Source: Candidatus Marinacidobacterales bacterium (GTDB lineage: Bacteria > Acidobacteriota > Vicinamibacteria > Marinacidobacterales > SMYC01). Taken from it: a stretch of DNA of 64,000 bases. Position numbers and translations under genes: made by a program. The stretch lies in NCBI GenBank assembly GCA_965237955.1, contig OZ250169.1:960001-1024000 (forward strand), in the 5' to 3' direction. This document shows, in pieces, positions 43,021 to 53,625 of the stretch; positions within the stretch are counted from its first letter, which is position 1; the number at the start of each line of letters is the position of its first letter. The notes below the pieces were generated by a model that was not told the origin of the DNA, did no database searches, and worked only from the letters and a program-made list of their open reading frames with translations.

Positions 43021-43542
43021 GTCGGACGACGACCGACGACCGACGGCAGAGGAGCAGAGACTACTGGAGCGGCTGACCGACTGGACGGCCGACACCGTCA
43101 TAATCGCGAAGGCGTCCTGTGCCAAAACTGCGTATTCCAGCCATCGTGAACGCCGAATCCAGAGCAAGCTGAACAGCGAATCCGGTGAAGCCGAACGCTC
43201 ATCGAAGCGATGAAGTGTTGGGTGACCTCCTTTCCACTGATTGAAAACGTGAACCTATCTTACCTGCGTGTTGTGTAGCAAGGGGCGGCAGGTCGGTGCC
43301 GGAGGGAGCGGGCGTAAGGAAAGACGCGAAGCGACCTTCCCGCTCCCGTAGGCAGCGACCTGCCGCGGCCGAACCCCGGGCGATGTGGGGCTGGTTTCGG
43401 GGGGTTGCTGGGGTATGGCCTGGCTCGAGAAGACGCTTCCTGAGGCATTCTCGCGCGTCGTTTTGGCGCCGCATCGTCTGGTACCCCGGGTTTGGCGGTT
43501 TCACCCGTTTTTATCGCATCGACGCTGTGGTCCCTCGCTCGC

Positions 43543-44301
43543 TCATGCATCGGCGTTGTCAAATGCCTTTGGCGCAGCCTTGGTCTTTCTCAGAGAAGCT
43601 CCTTTGAGAGTGATGCGGTGCGCGCTGTGGAGAATGCGATCGCAGATAGCGTCTGCCTGGTTTGGGTCGCCAATCGCTTCGTGCCACTGCTTGAGCGGAA
43701 TCTGGGTCGCGATGAGTGTGGAGCCACGCTCGGCGCGGTCTTCGATGACCTCCATTAGATCCCGTCTCTCCGATTCTTTCAGCGGGTGAAGCAGCCAATC
43801 ATCGATAGCCAGTAAGTCCAGCTTGGCGAGTTTCGTCAAAAGCCGGGCGTAGGAACCATCACCACGAGCGACCGCGAGCTCGTGGAGCAAGCGCGGTGCT
43901 CGCACGTAGCATCCGGTGAAGCCGCGACGACAGGCCCGCTCCACGAAGGCGCAAGCCAAGAACGATTTGCCAATCCCCGTCGGGCCGGTGATGAGCAGGT
44001 TATGGCGCTCACCGACAAAGCGGCAGTTGCCCAGGCTCAAGATCTGTTCGCGGTTTAAGCCTCGAGGCGCTTGGAAGTTCACGTTCTCCAAACATGCCGG
44101 ATAGCGGAGCTTTGCCGCTCGCAGTCGTCGAGAAAGCTTACGCTGTTCGCGGGCGGTCCACTCGGCATCGACCAGGAGTCCCACACGTTCCTCGAAGCTC
44201 AGCTCCTTGTATTCGCTCGAGCTCAACTGGGTTTCGAACGCGGACACCAAGCCGAACAACTTCATGGCGTTCATCTTTTCTATCGTTTCGGGTGTCAGCA
44301 T
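43543..44301 (-). CDS. istB: IS21 helper ATPase
   Basis: GPTGIGKS Walker A, LLAIDDW, DAICDRILHSAHRITLKGASLR. Confidence 0.93.
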   Translation of the reverse strand: MLTPETIEKMNAMKLFGLVSAFETQLSSSEYKELSFEERVGLLVDAEWTAREQRKLSRRLRAAKLRYPACLENVNFQAPRGLNREQILSLGNCRFVGERHNLLITGPTGIGKSFLACAFVERACRRGFTGCYVRAPRLLHELAVARGDGSYARLLTKLAKLDLLAIDDWLLHPLKESERRDLMEVIEDRAERGSTLIATQIPLKQWHEAIGDPNQADAICDRILHSAHRITLKGASLRKTKAAPKAFDNADA

Positions 44302-45667
44302 CGGGACTCTCCTCCTTCGTAGTGATCCGCGCCTCGGATGTTCTCGTGCTCCTCTCGCGGTTTCGCTTCGGCGTCCGATTCGAGCACCACACGATCCAGA
44401 CCAGCCGAGAGAATGTTTTTCACCGTGCGATAGCTGTAAGAGCTCAAAGCTTCCGCTCGTGCGCAAGCGGCCTCGAGACGCTCACTGCCCCAGCGGCTGC
44501 CTAGTCGCATGACTCCCAGGCAAGAGCGAAATCCCTGCTCCGGGTGAGGCCGACTCTCTAGAATCCCCGCAACCAGCCTTCCCGTGGCGCGACCTGACTG
44601 CTCCGCCCAGTGGAGCAGCCGCGACGGCGTCCACTCCAGGTGCTCCCGATGCGAACGTGGCATATGCTCCGGGTTCGTGGAGTAGTGCCCCTTTCCTTTC
44701 TTGCGGGGATGCGACGCGACGCGCTTTCCCTTGAACAGGACCTCCACCACCGAGGCCGTCACCCGTGCCTCGACTTTCTCGTGAATGAGCTGATAGGGAA
44801 CGCTGTACAAGTTGTTCTCCACCTCCACGTGGTAGTCGATGTTCACTCTGCACCGCTTCCACGTCGATAACTCGTAGCTCTCCTGCGGTAGCGGTTTCAG
44901 TACGGGCCGGTCTAGCCTTTCGTACAACTCCCGCCGACTCACACCGAGCTTCTGCATCGGACGCGCATTCAGGACCTCTAACTTCTCCCAGATGGCTTCG
45001 TTCAGTTCCGCCAGGCTGAAGAACGTGCGATGACGAAGCACCGCCAGGATCCAGCGCTGCGCCACCTGCACTGCCGACTCCACCTTCGCTTTGTCTTTCG
45101 GCTTGAACACCCGAGCCGGGACCACAACCGCACCGTAATGCGTCGCCATCTCTTCGTACGTCCGGTTGATCCCTGGCTCGTAACGGTCCACCAAATCCAC
45201 GCCGCTCTTCAAGTTGTCCGGAACCCAGATCTCCGTACTGCCACCGAAGTAATCCGACATCCCCTTATGGGCCTTCGCCCACGATTCCAGCGACTGGTTC
45301 AGTGTCGCTTCGACGTAGGTGTAACTGCTCGCGCCCAACGTCCCGACGAACAGCTCCATTTCGACGAGCTCTCCCGTTTTCGGATCGCCGATGTGAGGCT
45401 TCTTCCCCGAAAAATAGACGAATGTCTTCTCGCCTGCTCGATGCCGTTGACGCATCGTCGGGTTCAGCTTCTTCTTCCACTGACCGTACAGCTCGCAATA
45501 ACGGCTGTAGCCGTACGCTCCCGGCTTATTCTCCGCGTACTCCACCCACAGCTGCAGCAACGTCAGCTCTCGGTGACGCCTCAGCTCCTCGTGGATGTGG
45601 GCATAGTCCAGACCCGGCCGTGCGCCAGACGAGCCCGGCGGCGGAAACAGCCCTGCCTCCAGCTCCC
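44295..45667 (-). pseudogene. istA: IS21 transposase lacking its N-terminal HTH
   Basis: MRQRHRAGEK, VPDNLKSGV, KPKDKAKVESAV, YSVPY. FVYFSG in place of the usual FVDYSG suggests a lost catalytic Asp. Confidence 0.9.
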
Positions 45668-47097
45668 CGTCCTGTGCCAAAACTCAGCCCTTTTGAAATA
45701 GCCTATAAATCAACAGCTTAGCGTCTGTGTTTGCGACCGTGCCAAGGGCTGTAGGCTCTACAATCGTCTTGGGTGGACGGGTCGTCACCATGCAGACGAC
45801 CACCTGGTCGAGAGCGAATATCCAAGCGTGTTCCTGAAGCTGTGTTTCCACGCTACGCCGGTCGAGTCCATCGAGGGGCTACCGTCCCGACCACAATCTA
45901 GGCGGCACGGCAGTAGTAGTTGAGAATGCCTCCAAGTCGCTCTCGCGACACGATGGGGCCAACGTCCTTCGCGCTTGCCGGCAGAGGTATGATGAGCTCG
46001 TTGTCGATGCCTTGGTGGTTCCGTTCGGTGTGATAGTGCACGACGTATTCGGTTACCGCTGTCCGCAGGTGTCCCTCACTGAGAGGTACGAAGCGGTCGA
46101 GACATTCTCGACGTATGGAGAGAACGAATCTTTCCGCGTAGGCGTTCAGATTCGGACTATTAGCGGGAAGTCGGAGGGGCTTCACGCCTGAACCTCTCAA
46201 CAGCCCACGTGCCTCTTCGGTGAATAGCGGGTCCCGGTCGTGGATGAGGTACCGCTTGCCAAGGAGGAAACCATCCCACATGTCAGTGAGGTTTCTTGCT
46301 ACCTGCTTCATCCACTCTCCGTTGGGGTCCGAAGTTATCCCACCGATGCACACGCAGCGAGTGACGATATCGATGACAAACAGGACATGGTAGCGGACGA
46401 GCCCGAACGGGTTCACCACTTCGACGGTGAACAGGTCTGTCGCGGCGATAGCGCCCCCATGAACCTTGATGAAGGTGCTCCACGACATGCTCTTGCCCCT
46501 CTCCGGGGCAGGCGCGATATCGTGCTCGGCGAGGACCCTCTTGATGGTGTTGCGTCCGAGTTCATATCCGAGGTTCTTAAGTGCGCCCTGCAGGCGCGTA
46601 TATCCCCACGTCGGGTTCTCCCGCGCCATGCGTACCATGAGCTCACGGATGTCCTTCGCCGTGGGAGGTCGGCCTGGGCTCCGGTTCTTACTGCCATCGT
46701 ACTTGGCTGCGATGAGGCAGCGATACCAGCGCAGCAGCGTAGAGGGTGTGGCAACGGAGGCAATCTGGGCTAGCACATCACGGCCCAAGGCCTGGGCCTT
46801 GACGGCGAGCCTACGCCGGTCTTCGTCAGAGAGCCTGAGACGCTTGCCCCGAAGCCCGGCTCGGAGCACACGGTTCTCCTCTCGCAGGTAATCAATCACA
46901 TCCTGCTGCTGGCGGTTGACCCAGCCAGCCACAACGAGCAGTAAGAACCGCACGTGGTACGTCATCATGGAGCTGAAGATAACACCCTCGGTCCAGACGA
47001 TTGTAGAGCCTACAGCCCTTGGCCCGGTCGCAAAACACAGACGCTAAGCTGTTGATTTATAGGCTATTTCAAAAGGGCCTAGTTTTGGCACAGGACG
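45668..47097 (-). mobile_element. Full-length long-TIR integrase-core element, copy B
   Basis: TIRs at 45668..45769 and 46995..47097; no TSD. Confidence 0.92.
45898..46968 (-). CDS. Integrase-core (rve/DDE) transposase, apparently intact
   Basis: 356 aa; [30 protein letters not shown]. Confidence 0.92.
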   Translation of the reverse strand: MMTYHVRFLLLVVAGWVNRQQQDVIDYLREENRVLRAGLRGKRLRLSDEDRRRLAVKAQALGRDVLAQIASVATPSTLLRWYRCLIAAKYDGSKNRSPGRPPTAKDIRELMVRMARENPTWGYTRLQGALKNLGYELGRNTIKRVLAEHDIAPAPERGKSMSWSTFIKVHGGAIAATDLFTVEVVNPFGLVRYHVLFVIDIVTRCVCIGGITSDPNGEWMKQVARNLTDMWDGFLLGKRYLIHDRDPLFTEEARGLLRGSGVKPLRLPANSPNLNAYAERFVLSIRRECLDRFVPLSEGHLRTAVTEYVVHYHTERNHQGIDNELIIPLPASAKDVGPIVSRERLGGILNYYCRAA

Positions 47098-47220
47098 GGG
47101 AACCCGAATCGCCGACATCGCCTCCGACACGCCCCAGAACTGGGGCTCGCCACAAGTCGATGACGATCGAAACGGCCCGGCGCGCCAGTCTTGAGTTCGT
47201 TTGTGTTTTTGGACAGGACG
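47098..47220 (+). repeat. ACG end of a third subfamily (paralogue of 51381..51502)
   Basis: cgaatcgccgacatcgcctccgac...tcttgagttcgtttgtgtttttggaca(gg/ca)acg is shared. Confidence 0.85.
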
Positions 47221-47570
47221 CGCAAGCACCAGGCTTGTGCCTTCTATCTATTCATCCGCGCGCACCGAACTTGATTAGTCTCCGGTCTGCCGGCACCATG
47301 ACGAGCTCGCTAATCTCGGCCATGACCCGGGTGTGATCCGCAAAAAAGAAGATCGCGTATCGACGGCCAGACAACCATGAGAGCGATGTCCTGCGAACTC
47401 GTCTTCACCTCGGTGGAGCTTCTGCACGCTTTCGCCGTCGGTTCATCGACGCAATAACGTTCTGGGAAAAGAACGCGTTGGTCGCCACGAGAACCTAGCT
47501 CCGTCAGGCGACGCGTGCCAACCGCGTGAGGTCAAAATACTCATGCGGCTTCCCGTTTGAAGCCGATATC

Positions 47571-48050
47571 TCAGTCGGGTCGATGCCGTCCCGTCATGGC
47601 CCTGCCAACCAGACTCCAGTTCGCGATCGCCGATTCTCCAGCGGCCGAACCGGCATGTGGGAATTCAGCGTATCTGCCAAGCAACAGCACGTCAATCAGG
47701 TACGAAATCAACCGCGCGTCCCTGTCGTCATCCGTCTTCTCGTACTGCCGACGGTCTCGATTCACGTCCGCCTGAATCATCCTCCAGGCGTCCCCATCTG
47801 CGGCGAAACGTACGACGTAAATGCAGAACCCGGTCCAACTCCGATGGAAGAACAACGCGTCATCCTTCCAGTAGATGAACCACTTGTCTTCCATGACCTC
47901 GGGTATCATTCCCTGGCGGATATGGTCCATTTCCTCACGCGAGAACACTCGGTCGAGCGTGACGGACGCTCTGCGCGCAGGCAGATCCTTGGTCTTCCAT
48001 GCACTCGGGACCGCTGTTCTCACGTGCGTCCTCTTTTCGCTCCTTCCCAC
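47571..48050 (-). CDS. Conserved hypothetical protein (MEDKWFIY...FHRSWTG motif)
   Basis: Motif-rich protein-like ORF; start uncertain; followed by an ACG end at 47525. Confidence 0.7.
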   Translation of the reverse strand: MGRSEKRTHVRTAVPSAWKTKDLPARRASVTLDRVFSREEMDHIRQGMIPEVMEDKWFIYWKDDALFFHRSWTGFCIYVVRFAADGDAWRMIQADVNRDRRQYEKTDDDRDARLISYLIDVLLLGRYAEFPHAGSAAGESAIANWSLVGRAMTGRHRPD

Positions 48051-48390
48051 TCTGTGTCGATTTTGCCCGTCCCGGGACGTCCCAGTCCAGAGCCGCCTGT
48101 GATCCTCAAGAAAGAAGATCGCTTCGGCCTGCCTGTGTCGGCGTGCACACGAAGAGGTCCCTGAACGTCAGGCACCGCGTGGTCAGCCCAGCCAGCATCG
48201 ACGGAAGAACTGCGCCTCTAGAAATCAGGCTCAAACTCCAGCACGCGAACGGGTTACGCGGAGGCCGCCAACATTTGACTGCGGAAGCACCCATCGGTGG
48301 CGTCGTCGGGTCGACCGGCGTGAAGCAGTCGATCACGCCAAGTCTATACCGCGCAATCAACGCTGGATTGATTTTTTGCGGAGCACAGCT

Positions 48391-48640
48391 CATCGGGAAA
48401 ACCGGCTCGAGCGGATTCTTCAGCAACTCGTCTACCCGAAGCTGCTCATCCTCGACGAGCTTGGCTACCTCCCCCTCAATCGCAAGGAAGCCAGTCTCTT
48501 CTTCGGGCTTCTCGTCCGCCGTTACGAACGCGCTGGCCTCGTCGTCACCAGCAACAAGAGCTTCCTCGACTGGGGCGAGATCTTCAACGACCAGGTCTTG
48601 GTGACGGCCATTCTCGACCGGCTGCTCCACCGTGCCATAA
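48391..48640 (+). pseudogene. istB: Internal fragment of a second IstB-type ATPase
   Basis: PKLLILDELGYLP...TSNKSFLDWGEIFNDQVLVTAILDRLLH, bounded by element ends. Confidence 0.85.
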
Positions 48641-48822
48641 CCCGTGACGTCAAAATACTCATGCGGCTCCCCGATGGTAGAGACGTAGCAACCCGCCAAG
48701 CCGTTCACGGGAGCGTACCTTGCGCTCGGACTGAGGTAACTGGTCGCTGGCTGGCAACAGCAGCAGATCCTCCTTGCCTTGATGATTCCTCTCGTGGTGA
48801 TGATAAGACGACCTACTCTCTA

Positions 48823-49280
48823 AAGCTCACGGATGTCCTTCGCCGTCGGAGGTCGGCCTGGGCTCCGGTTCTTGCTGCCATCGTACTTGGCTGCGATGAG
48901 GTGGCGGTACCAGCGCAGAAGCGTAGCGGGTGTGGCAACGGACGCAATCTGGGCCAGCGCCTCGCGGCCCAAAGCCTGGGCCTTGACCGCGAGCCTGCGC
49001 CGGTCGTCGTCCGCGAGACTGAGACGCTTGCCCCGAAGCCCGGCTCGGAGCACACGGTTCTCCTCTTGCAGGTAGTCGATCACATCCTGCTGCTGGCGGT
49101 TGGCCCAGCCAGCTAGAACGAGCAGTAGGAATTGCACGTGGTACGTCATCATGGATCTGAAGATAACACCCTCGGGCCAGACGATTGTAAAGCCTACGGC
49201 CCTTGGCCCGGTCGCAAACACAGACACTAAGCTGCTGATTTATGGCCTATTTCAAAAGGGCCGAGTTTTGGCACAGGACG
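48823..49280 (-). mobile_element. 5' fragment plus one TIR of the long-TIR rve element
   Basis: [15 protein letters not shown]...KDIREL, then a full TIR ending at 49280. Confidence 0.9.
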
Positions 49281-49329
49281 GGATGATGCCGGGCCCTGCT
49301 GGGCTCGTGGAGGCTGAAGGACGGAGCGG

Positions 49330-50262
49330 CGCTTGGTAGCCGAGGCCGGCGAACTCCAGGGAGGCGTCGAACGGCATGACCCCATCGGCCTGTACCGGTG
49401 CGTGGCTGCGGATCAGGTTCCAGGTTGCAACGTCGTCGACATCGTCGAATCTGGCCCAGCGCAGCGCCACGCCGACCGACGTGCGCTCGCTCAACGAGTA
49501 ATCGACGCCGGCCAGCAGTTGGAACCCGAAGATGTTCTTGCCCACCTTCGTATCCATGATGCTGGCGGTGCCTGCGGCGGCGCGTTTAGCGTCGGCCGGC
49601 CAGTCCGGGTCGAAGTCGATCTGCAAATACTCCGCCTCCGGTTTGCGGATGAACTGCGCGTAGTAGCTCAACTCCGTCACGGCCCACCCGATGCCAATGC
49701 CCGCGTATGGCGTCCAGTTGGATTCGTTGAGAAAGTCGTAGTACGCGTTGGCAAAGATCTGGTGCGCCTTGTAATCTCCAATCCTTTCGAAGGGCGGCTC
49801 GTCACTGCTCCACTCCGAGTTCTTGCCTTGAAGCGCCGTGCTGGTCGTGCCCCCAAGCGGCGACGTGTCGTCACCCATGTACCGGTAAAGGTATTCCACC
49901 TCGAACCGGAGCCTGCCGAACATGTAACCGACCGTCAAGCCGCTGACGAGACCGGTGCCCGGGTCGAACTCGTTGGATATGATTACCGCAGGCGTGTTGT
50001 CGCGGCACGCCGCATCGTCGACTGGCGGACTCACCGATGGCGGGTACAGGAGCACGTCGCAGCGCGTCGGGTGGTTGATCCCACCGAGAGATGAGGTCAC
50101 GACGGAAGAGTTCGCGATGCCCATCTGAAGGCCAGCGTAAAGGCCAGCGCGATCTTGCTGGGCGCTGGCGGGGATACCGGCCAGCGCAACGCACGGCACG
50201 GCGACGAGGACGCCGCGCAGCAAAAAGTCAAGCTTGTTAGGTTTCAATCTGCTTTTACTCAT
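49330..50262 (-). pseudogene. Outer-membrane beta-barrel protein lacking its last strand
   Basis: Signal peptide, GLYAGL, VGYMFGRLRFEVEYLYR, FANAYYDF, WTPYAGIGIG, FQLLAGVDY. No C-terminal aromatic strand. Confidence 0.75.
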
Positions 50263-50789
50263 GCGGCTAGGCCGCGATTCCTCATGCTCCAAACAGTACA
50301 GGACGGCAGCTAGATTGCCGCCGTGTGACCTGCCCCCTCGGTTAGTACCACGTTGTATCTCAGTCATTCGGTGTTGACAAGGGCTGGTTGAAGCCGGCAG
50401 AGCGGAGCCGGTTTCAACCAAATCGTTTCGGGCGCCGGCGGTCGGTTACCCTTAATTTGGGAATTATAACTAACGGTTGACAAAGCCTCCTGGATTGGGT
50501 CAGCGTGGGCTACCCATCGTCAAGGCGGATTCCGTCAACGGATTCGAGCCAAGCTGCGACACCTACCTGTTCAAGATGGAGGGGGAAATCGTTGCCGTCA
50601 TTCCGAAGGCGAACGTTCTTTCTGTCGAGAAGGTCGCCTCGGACGACGACGACTGACCTCAACGTCACTCTTGCTGACAACGGTTTTAGCTCGGGCCTGC
50701 CGTCGGCGTAGAGGCCGCAGCAGAGCAAGGGCAAGATCCTCCGGCGTCGCGTCGCCGTAATCCGGTCGCTTTCGCATCGGCTATATTCT

Positions 50790-51074
50790 TCATTTCTTCC
50801 TACATTCTACCAAAATGAGTGACCGCGCCTCGTCGGGAGTGAGGCCAAGTTTTCCAAGGAAGGGAGGTTTGGATTTCAGTAGTATCTCCGCTGTTTCGTC
50901 GCAGGAATAGTTAAGATCCGAGGTCAAATACTTATAACACTTACCAATAAACTCCAGCGCTTTGCGCTCGCGCTCTCTTTTGTCAGCCTTCGCGAAGTCT
51001 TCATCGGTTTGCCTCCTATCAAACTCCCGATCTAGCTCGGCCATGTATTCCTCTAAGCCGGTTTTCCGTTTCAC
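50790..51074 (-). CDS. Small hypothetical protein
   Basis: 94-aa ORF with RBS AGGAGG, in a lower-GC segment. Confidence 0.5.
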   Translation of the reverse strand: MKRKTGLEEYMAELDREFDRRQTDEDFAKADKRERERKALEFIGKCYKYLTSDLNYSCDETAEILLKSKPPFLGKLGLTPDEARSLILVECRKK

Positions 51075-51134
51075 CTTCGTATCCTCCTGGAATCAGGTCT
51101 TATCTACAATCCCGCTACGCTTCTAGCGTAAATA

Positions 51135-51502
51135 CCTGTGCCTTCTATTTATTCATCCGCGCGCACCGAACTTGATTAGTCTCCGGTCTGCCGGGACCAT
51201 GCTGGCATGATTTCGTCGTTTGTTCGCGCTCTCGTCTCTAGAGGACCTAGAATCAAGGCCGGGGCTACCGCGGCGCAGCGGGCTAGCACGTTCTGGTCCA
51301 GGTGCAGCCCGGGCCTGGACCCAGGTTTCCGCTCGGGAGCGTGGCATCCCCTTGCTGGACGGTATTTTCCCTGCGCGTACGGAGAACTCGAATCGCCGAC
51401 ATCGCCTCCGACCCCCAGATCTTGAGCTCGCCACGGGTTGATGACGATCGAAACGGCCCCGGCGCGCCGATCTTGAGTTCGTTTGTGTTTTTGGACACAA
51501 CG
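51135..51502 (+). mobile_element. ~370-bp non-coding repeat element; parts recur at 47236, 57920 and 60190
   Basis: tgtgccttctatttattcatccgcgc...ccgaacttgat occurs 3 times, gctagcacgttctggtccaggtg-like twice; ends in an ACG end. Confidence 0.65.
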
Positions 51503-51632
51503 CGCACGCTGCGTGCGATGTGGCGGGGGCTGGAAACGGACTTACGGTGCGGCTAGTGAGGCACTCCCACAGGAAACGGGGAGAAACAGATAGGCCGCGC
51601 CTACGGAGCACCGCGCCAGCCCTCGACCCTAC
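51503..51632 (+). ncRNA. 3' remnant of a group II intron (3' half of domain V plus domain VI)
   Basis: cgcacgctgcgtgcgatgtggcgggggctggaaac...accgcgccagccctcgaccctac. The DVI stem gggggctgg/ccagccctc and terminal ...CCCTAC are typical. Confidence 0.75.
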
Positions 51633-51872
51633 CGAGATCGCCGTATCGACGCTACGTCCGCCGCTAACACGGAAGCACCCCTGGGAGAGTTGCACGCGTA
51701 GATGCCAAGTCTAATGTCAGTGGCGGCGGTCCCTGATCGCTCTGACCCATGTGTCCAAGGTGTTGATGTCTGCTTTTAATTCATCAGGCTCTGGCACGGG
51801 CACGTTCTCGGCGGGTGACTGGTCGTGTCCGGGAAGCCATCTCGATGACTTTGTCATTCCCGAATGAAAAAT

Positions 51873-53625
51873 GGTTCTCCTGTCGTTTCGGGGGATCTGA
51901 TTTGTGTTGGAGGGCATGGCCTATGGACGCTGCCGCGATTGTGGAAAACGCCGGAAACTCCGGGCGAGAGAGGCGTTTAGGGAAAGGTTGTGAGCACGTA
52001 CAAACGTGGAGCGGCGTTTTCCACAATCGCTTGGAAAACGCTTCGCGTTTCCCACGAGCGCCCACAGGCCCCTCCTGATATATATACAAGAAAGATTAAT
52101 TCATATGGAATAAGGAAGGGGGGGCTCGATTAGTGGAGGCTATGGAAAACGCCCTTCCAGGCTTCGAAGAGAACTCAGTCGTGAGCAAGGTCTGAACGAC
52201 CAGAACCGTGGGGGCGTTTCCCACAGCCTCGTCTCCCGCTGAGGGGCAGTGGCATTTGGTGAGGCCCGTGGGTTGAGAGGGTAAGCCATGTGTAGATGCG
52301 CATCGGCGAGAACGCTAGAATCTTTTTTTCCGAAAGAGAAAAGAGCGTTCCCGCGATGCGCGTTACTACGTTAGTCAACAAGCTCATCGGATTGCAAGGC
52401 CTGTGGGTCCGAGGTTTCCACTTCCAGGCGGACAAAGCCAGAGTGGTGGTGGATGTAGTACCACGGAGGAGGAAGCCTCTGTGCGGGATTTGCGGACGAA
52501 AGGTCCGCAAGAACAAAGATCGCTACAATCGCTACTGGCGGCACTTGGACCTGTTCGGAGTCCGGACCTATCTTCGCTACTCGATCCGACGAGTGGTATG
52601 TCGGCGGTGTGGAGTGGTCAGAGAAAAGGTGCCTTGGGCAGACAAGGGAAGCCGCTTTACCAAAAGCTTCGAACAAGAGGTAGCGTGGCTGGCACAGAGG
52701 ACGGACGTCAGCGCCGTAGCGAACTATTTCCGAGTGACGTGGCGTTCGGTGCGACGGATCATCCAGCGAGTGGTTGCCGAGCAGCGGGATGAGCGGCGCG
52801 AGCTCGATGGATTGCGGGTGATTGGGATGGACGAGATCAGCTACCGCAAACGCCACAAGTACTTAACAGTGGTAATAGACCATCTCAGCGGCCGGGTCGT
52901 CTGAGCGGGAAAGGAGCGCAAGGCCAAGACGCTGCTGCGGTTTTTCCGCAAGCTCGGACAGCCGCGGAGCTCGAAGCGGTCAGCATGGACATGCACAAAG
53001 AGCCGCGGAGCTCGAAGCGGTCAGCATGGACATGTGGGAGCCGTACATAACTGTCGTCGGCAAAAAGGCTCCTCAGGCACGGGTGATCTTTGACCGCTTC
53101 CACATCGTCAAGCATCTGAACGAGGCCGTGGATAAGACCCGGCGCGAGCTGGTGCGCGAGCTCAAAGGGACTGCCCGGCGCAACCTCAAGAACACCAAGT
53201 TTCCCCTTCTCAAGGCCAAACACAACCGCAGCGCGAAAGACAAACGGGTGCTCCGCGAGCAGGTGCGAGCTAATCGTCGCCTCTACCGCGCCATGCTTCT
53301 GCGCGACGACTTCATGGACCTCTACACCTACAAAACCGAGACATGGGCCAAGAAGTTTCTCCGAGGATGGCTGCGGCGCGCTATGAGCTCGAGGATAGAG
53401 CCCGTCAAACGCGCGGCGAAGATGATCCGCAGCCACTTCGATGGCGTCATCGCGTGGGTCACGTGGAGACTCAGCAACGGCCGACTCGAAGGAATGAACA
53501 ACAAAATCCGGCTGCTGAGCCACCGCAGCTTTGGACTCCACTCTGCCGAAGCTCTCATCAGTCTCGTCTACCTAAACTGTGGCGGTCTCACCCTCGAGAG
53601 GATCCACTGAAATGGCAGGAGAGGC
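51873..53625 (+). mobile_element. ISL3-family element with a disrupted transposase (52336..53610)
   Basis: 8-bp TSD TGAAAAAT; IRs ggttctcctgtcgtttc / gaaatggcaggagaggc; zinc-finger Cys pairs, IGMDE, SMDMW, FDRFH, EGMNNKI. TGA at 52902. Confidence 0.92.

Larger units (their letters stand above)
43269..45667 (-). mobile_element. IS21-family element, 5'-truncated
   Basis: Right end TGTTGTGTAGCAA...; istA-istB pair; istA cut by element copy B. Confidence 0.9.

Noticed and set aside
50459-50485. gggaattataactaacggttgac resembles the IS1595 end at 63418
   Set aside because: Short similarity with no associated transposase or partner end; too weak to call.
51633-51716. Possible integron attC site next to the intron remnant (gccgctaac)
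   Set aside because: No paired core sites or extended hairpin visible and no integron integrase in the window.
52960-53034. 34-bp repeat pair of CRISPR-like size
   Set aside because: Coding sequence of the ISL3 transposase with only a 7-bp gap.
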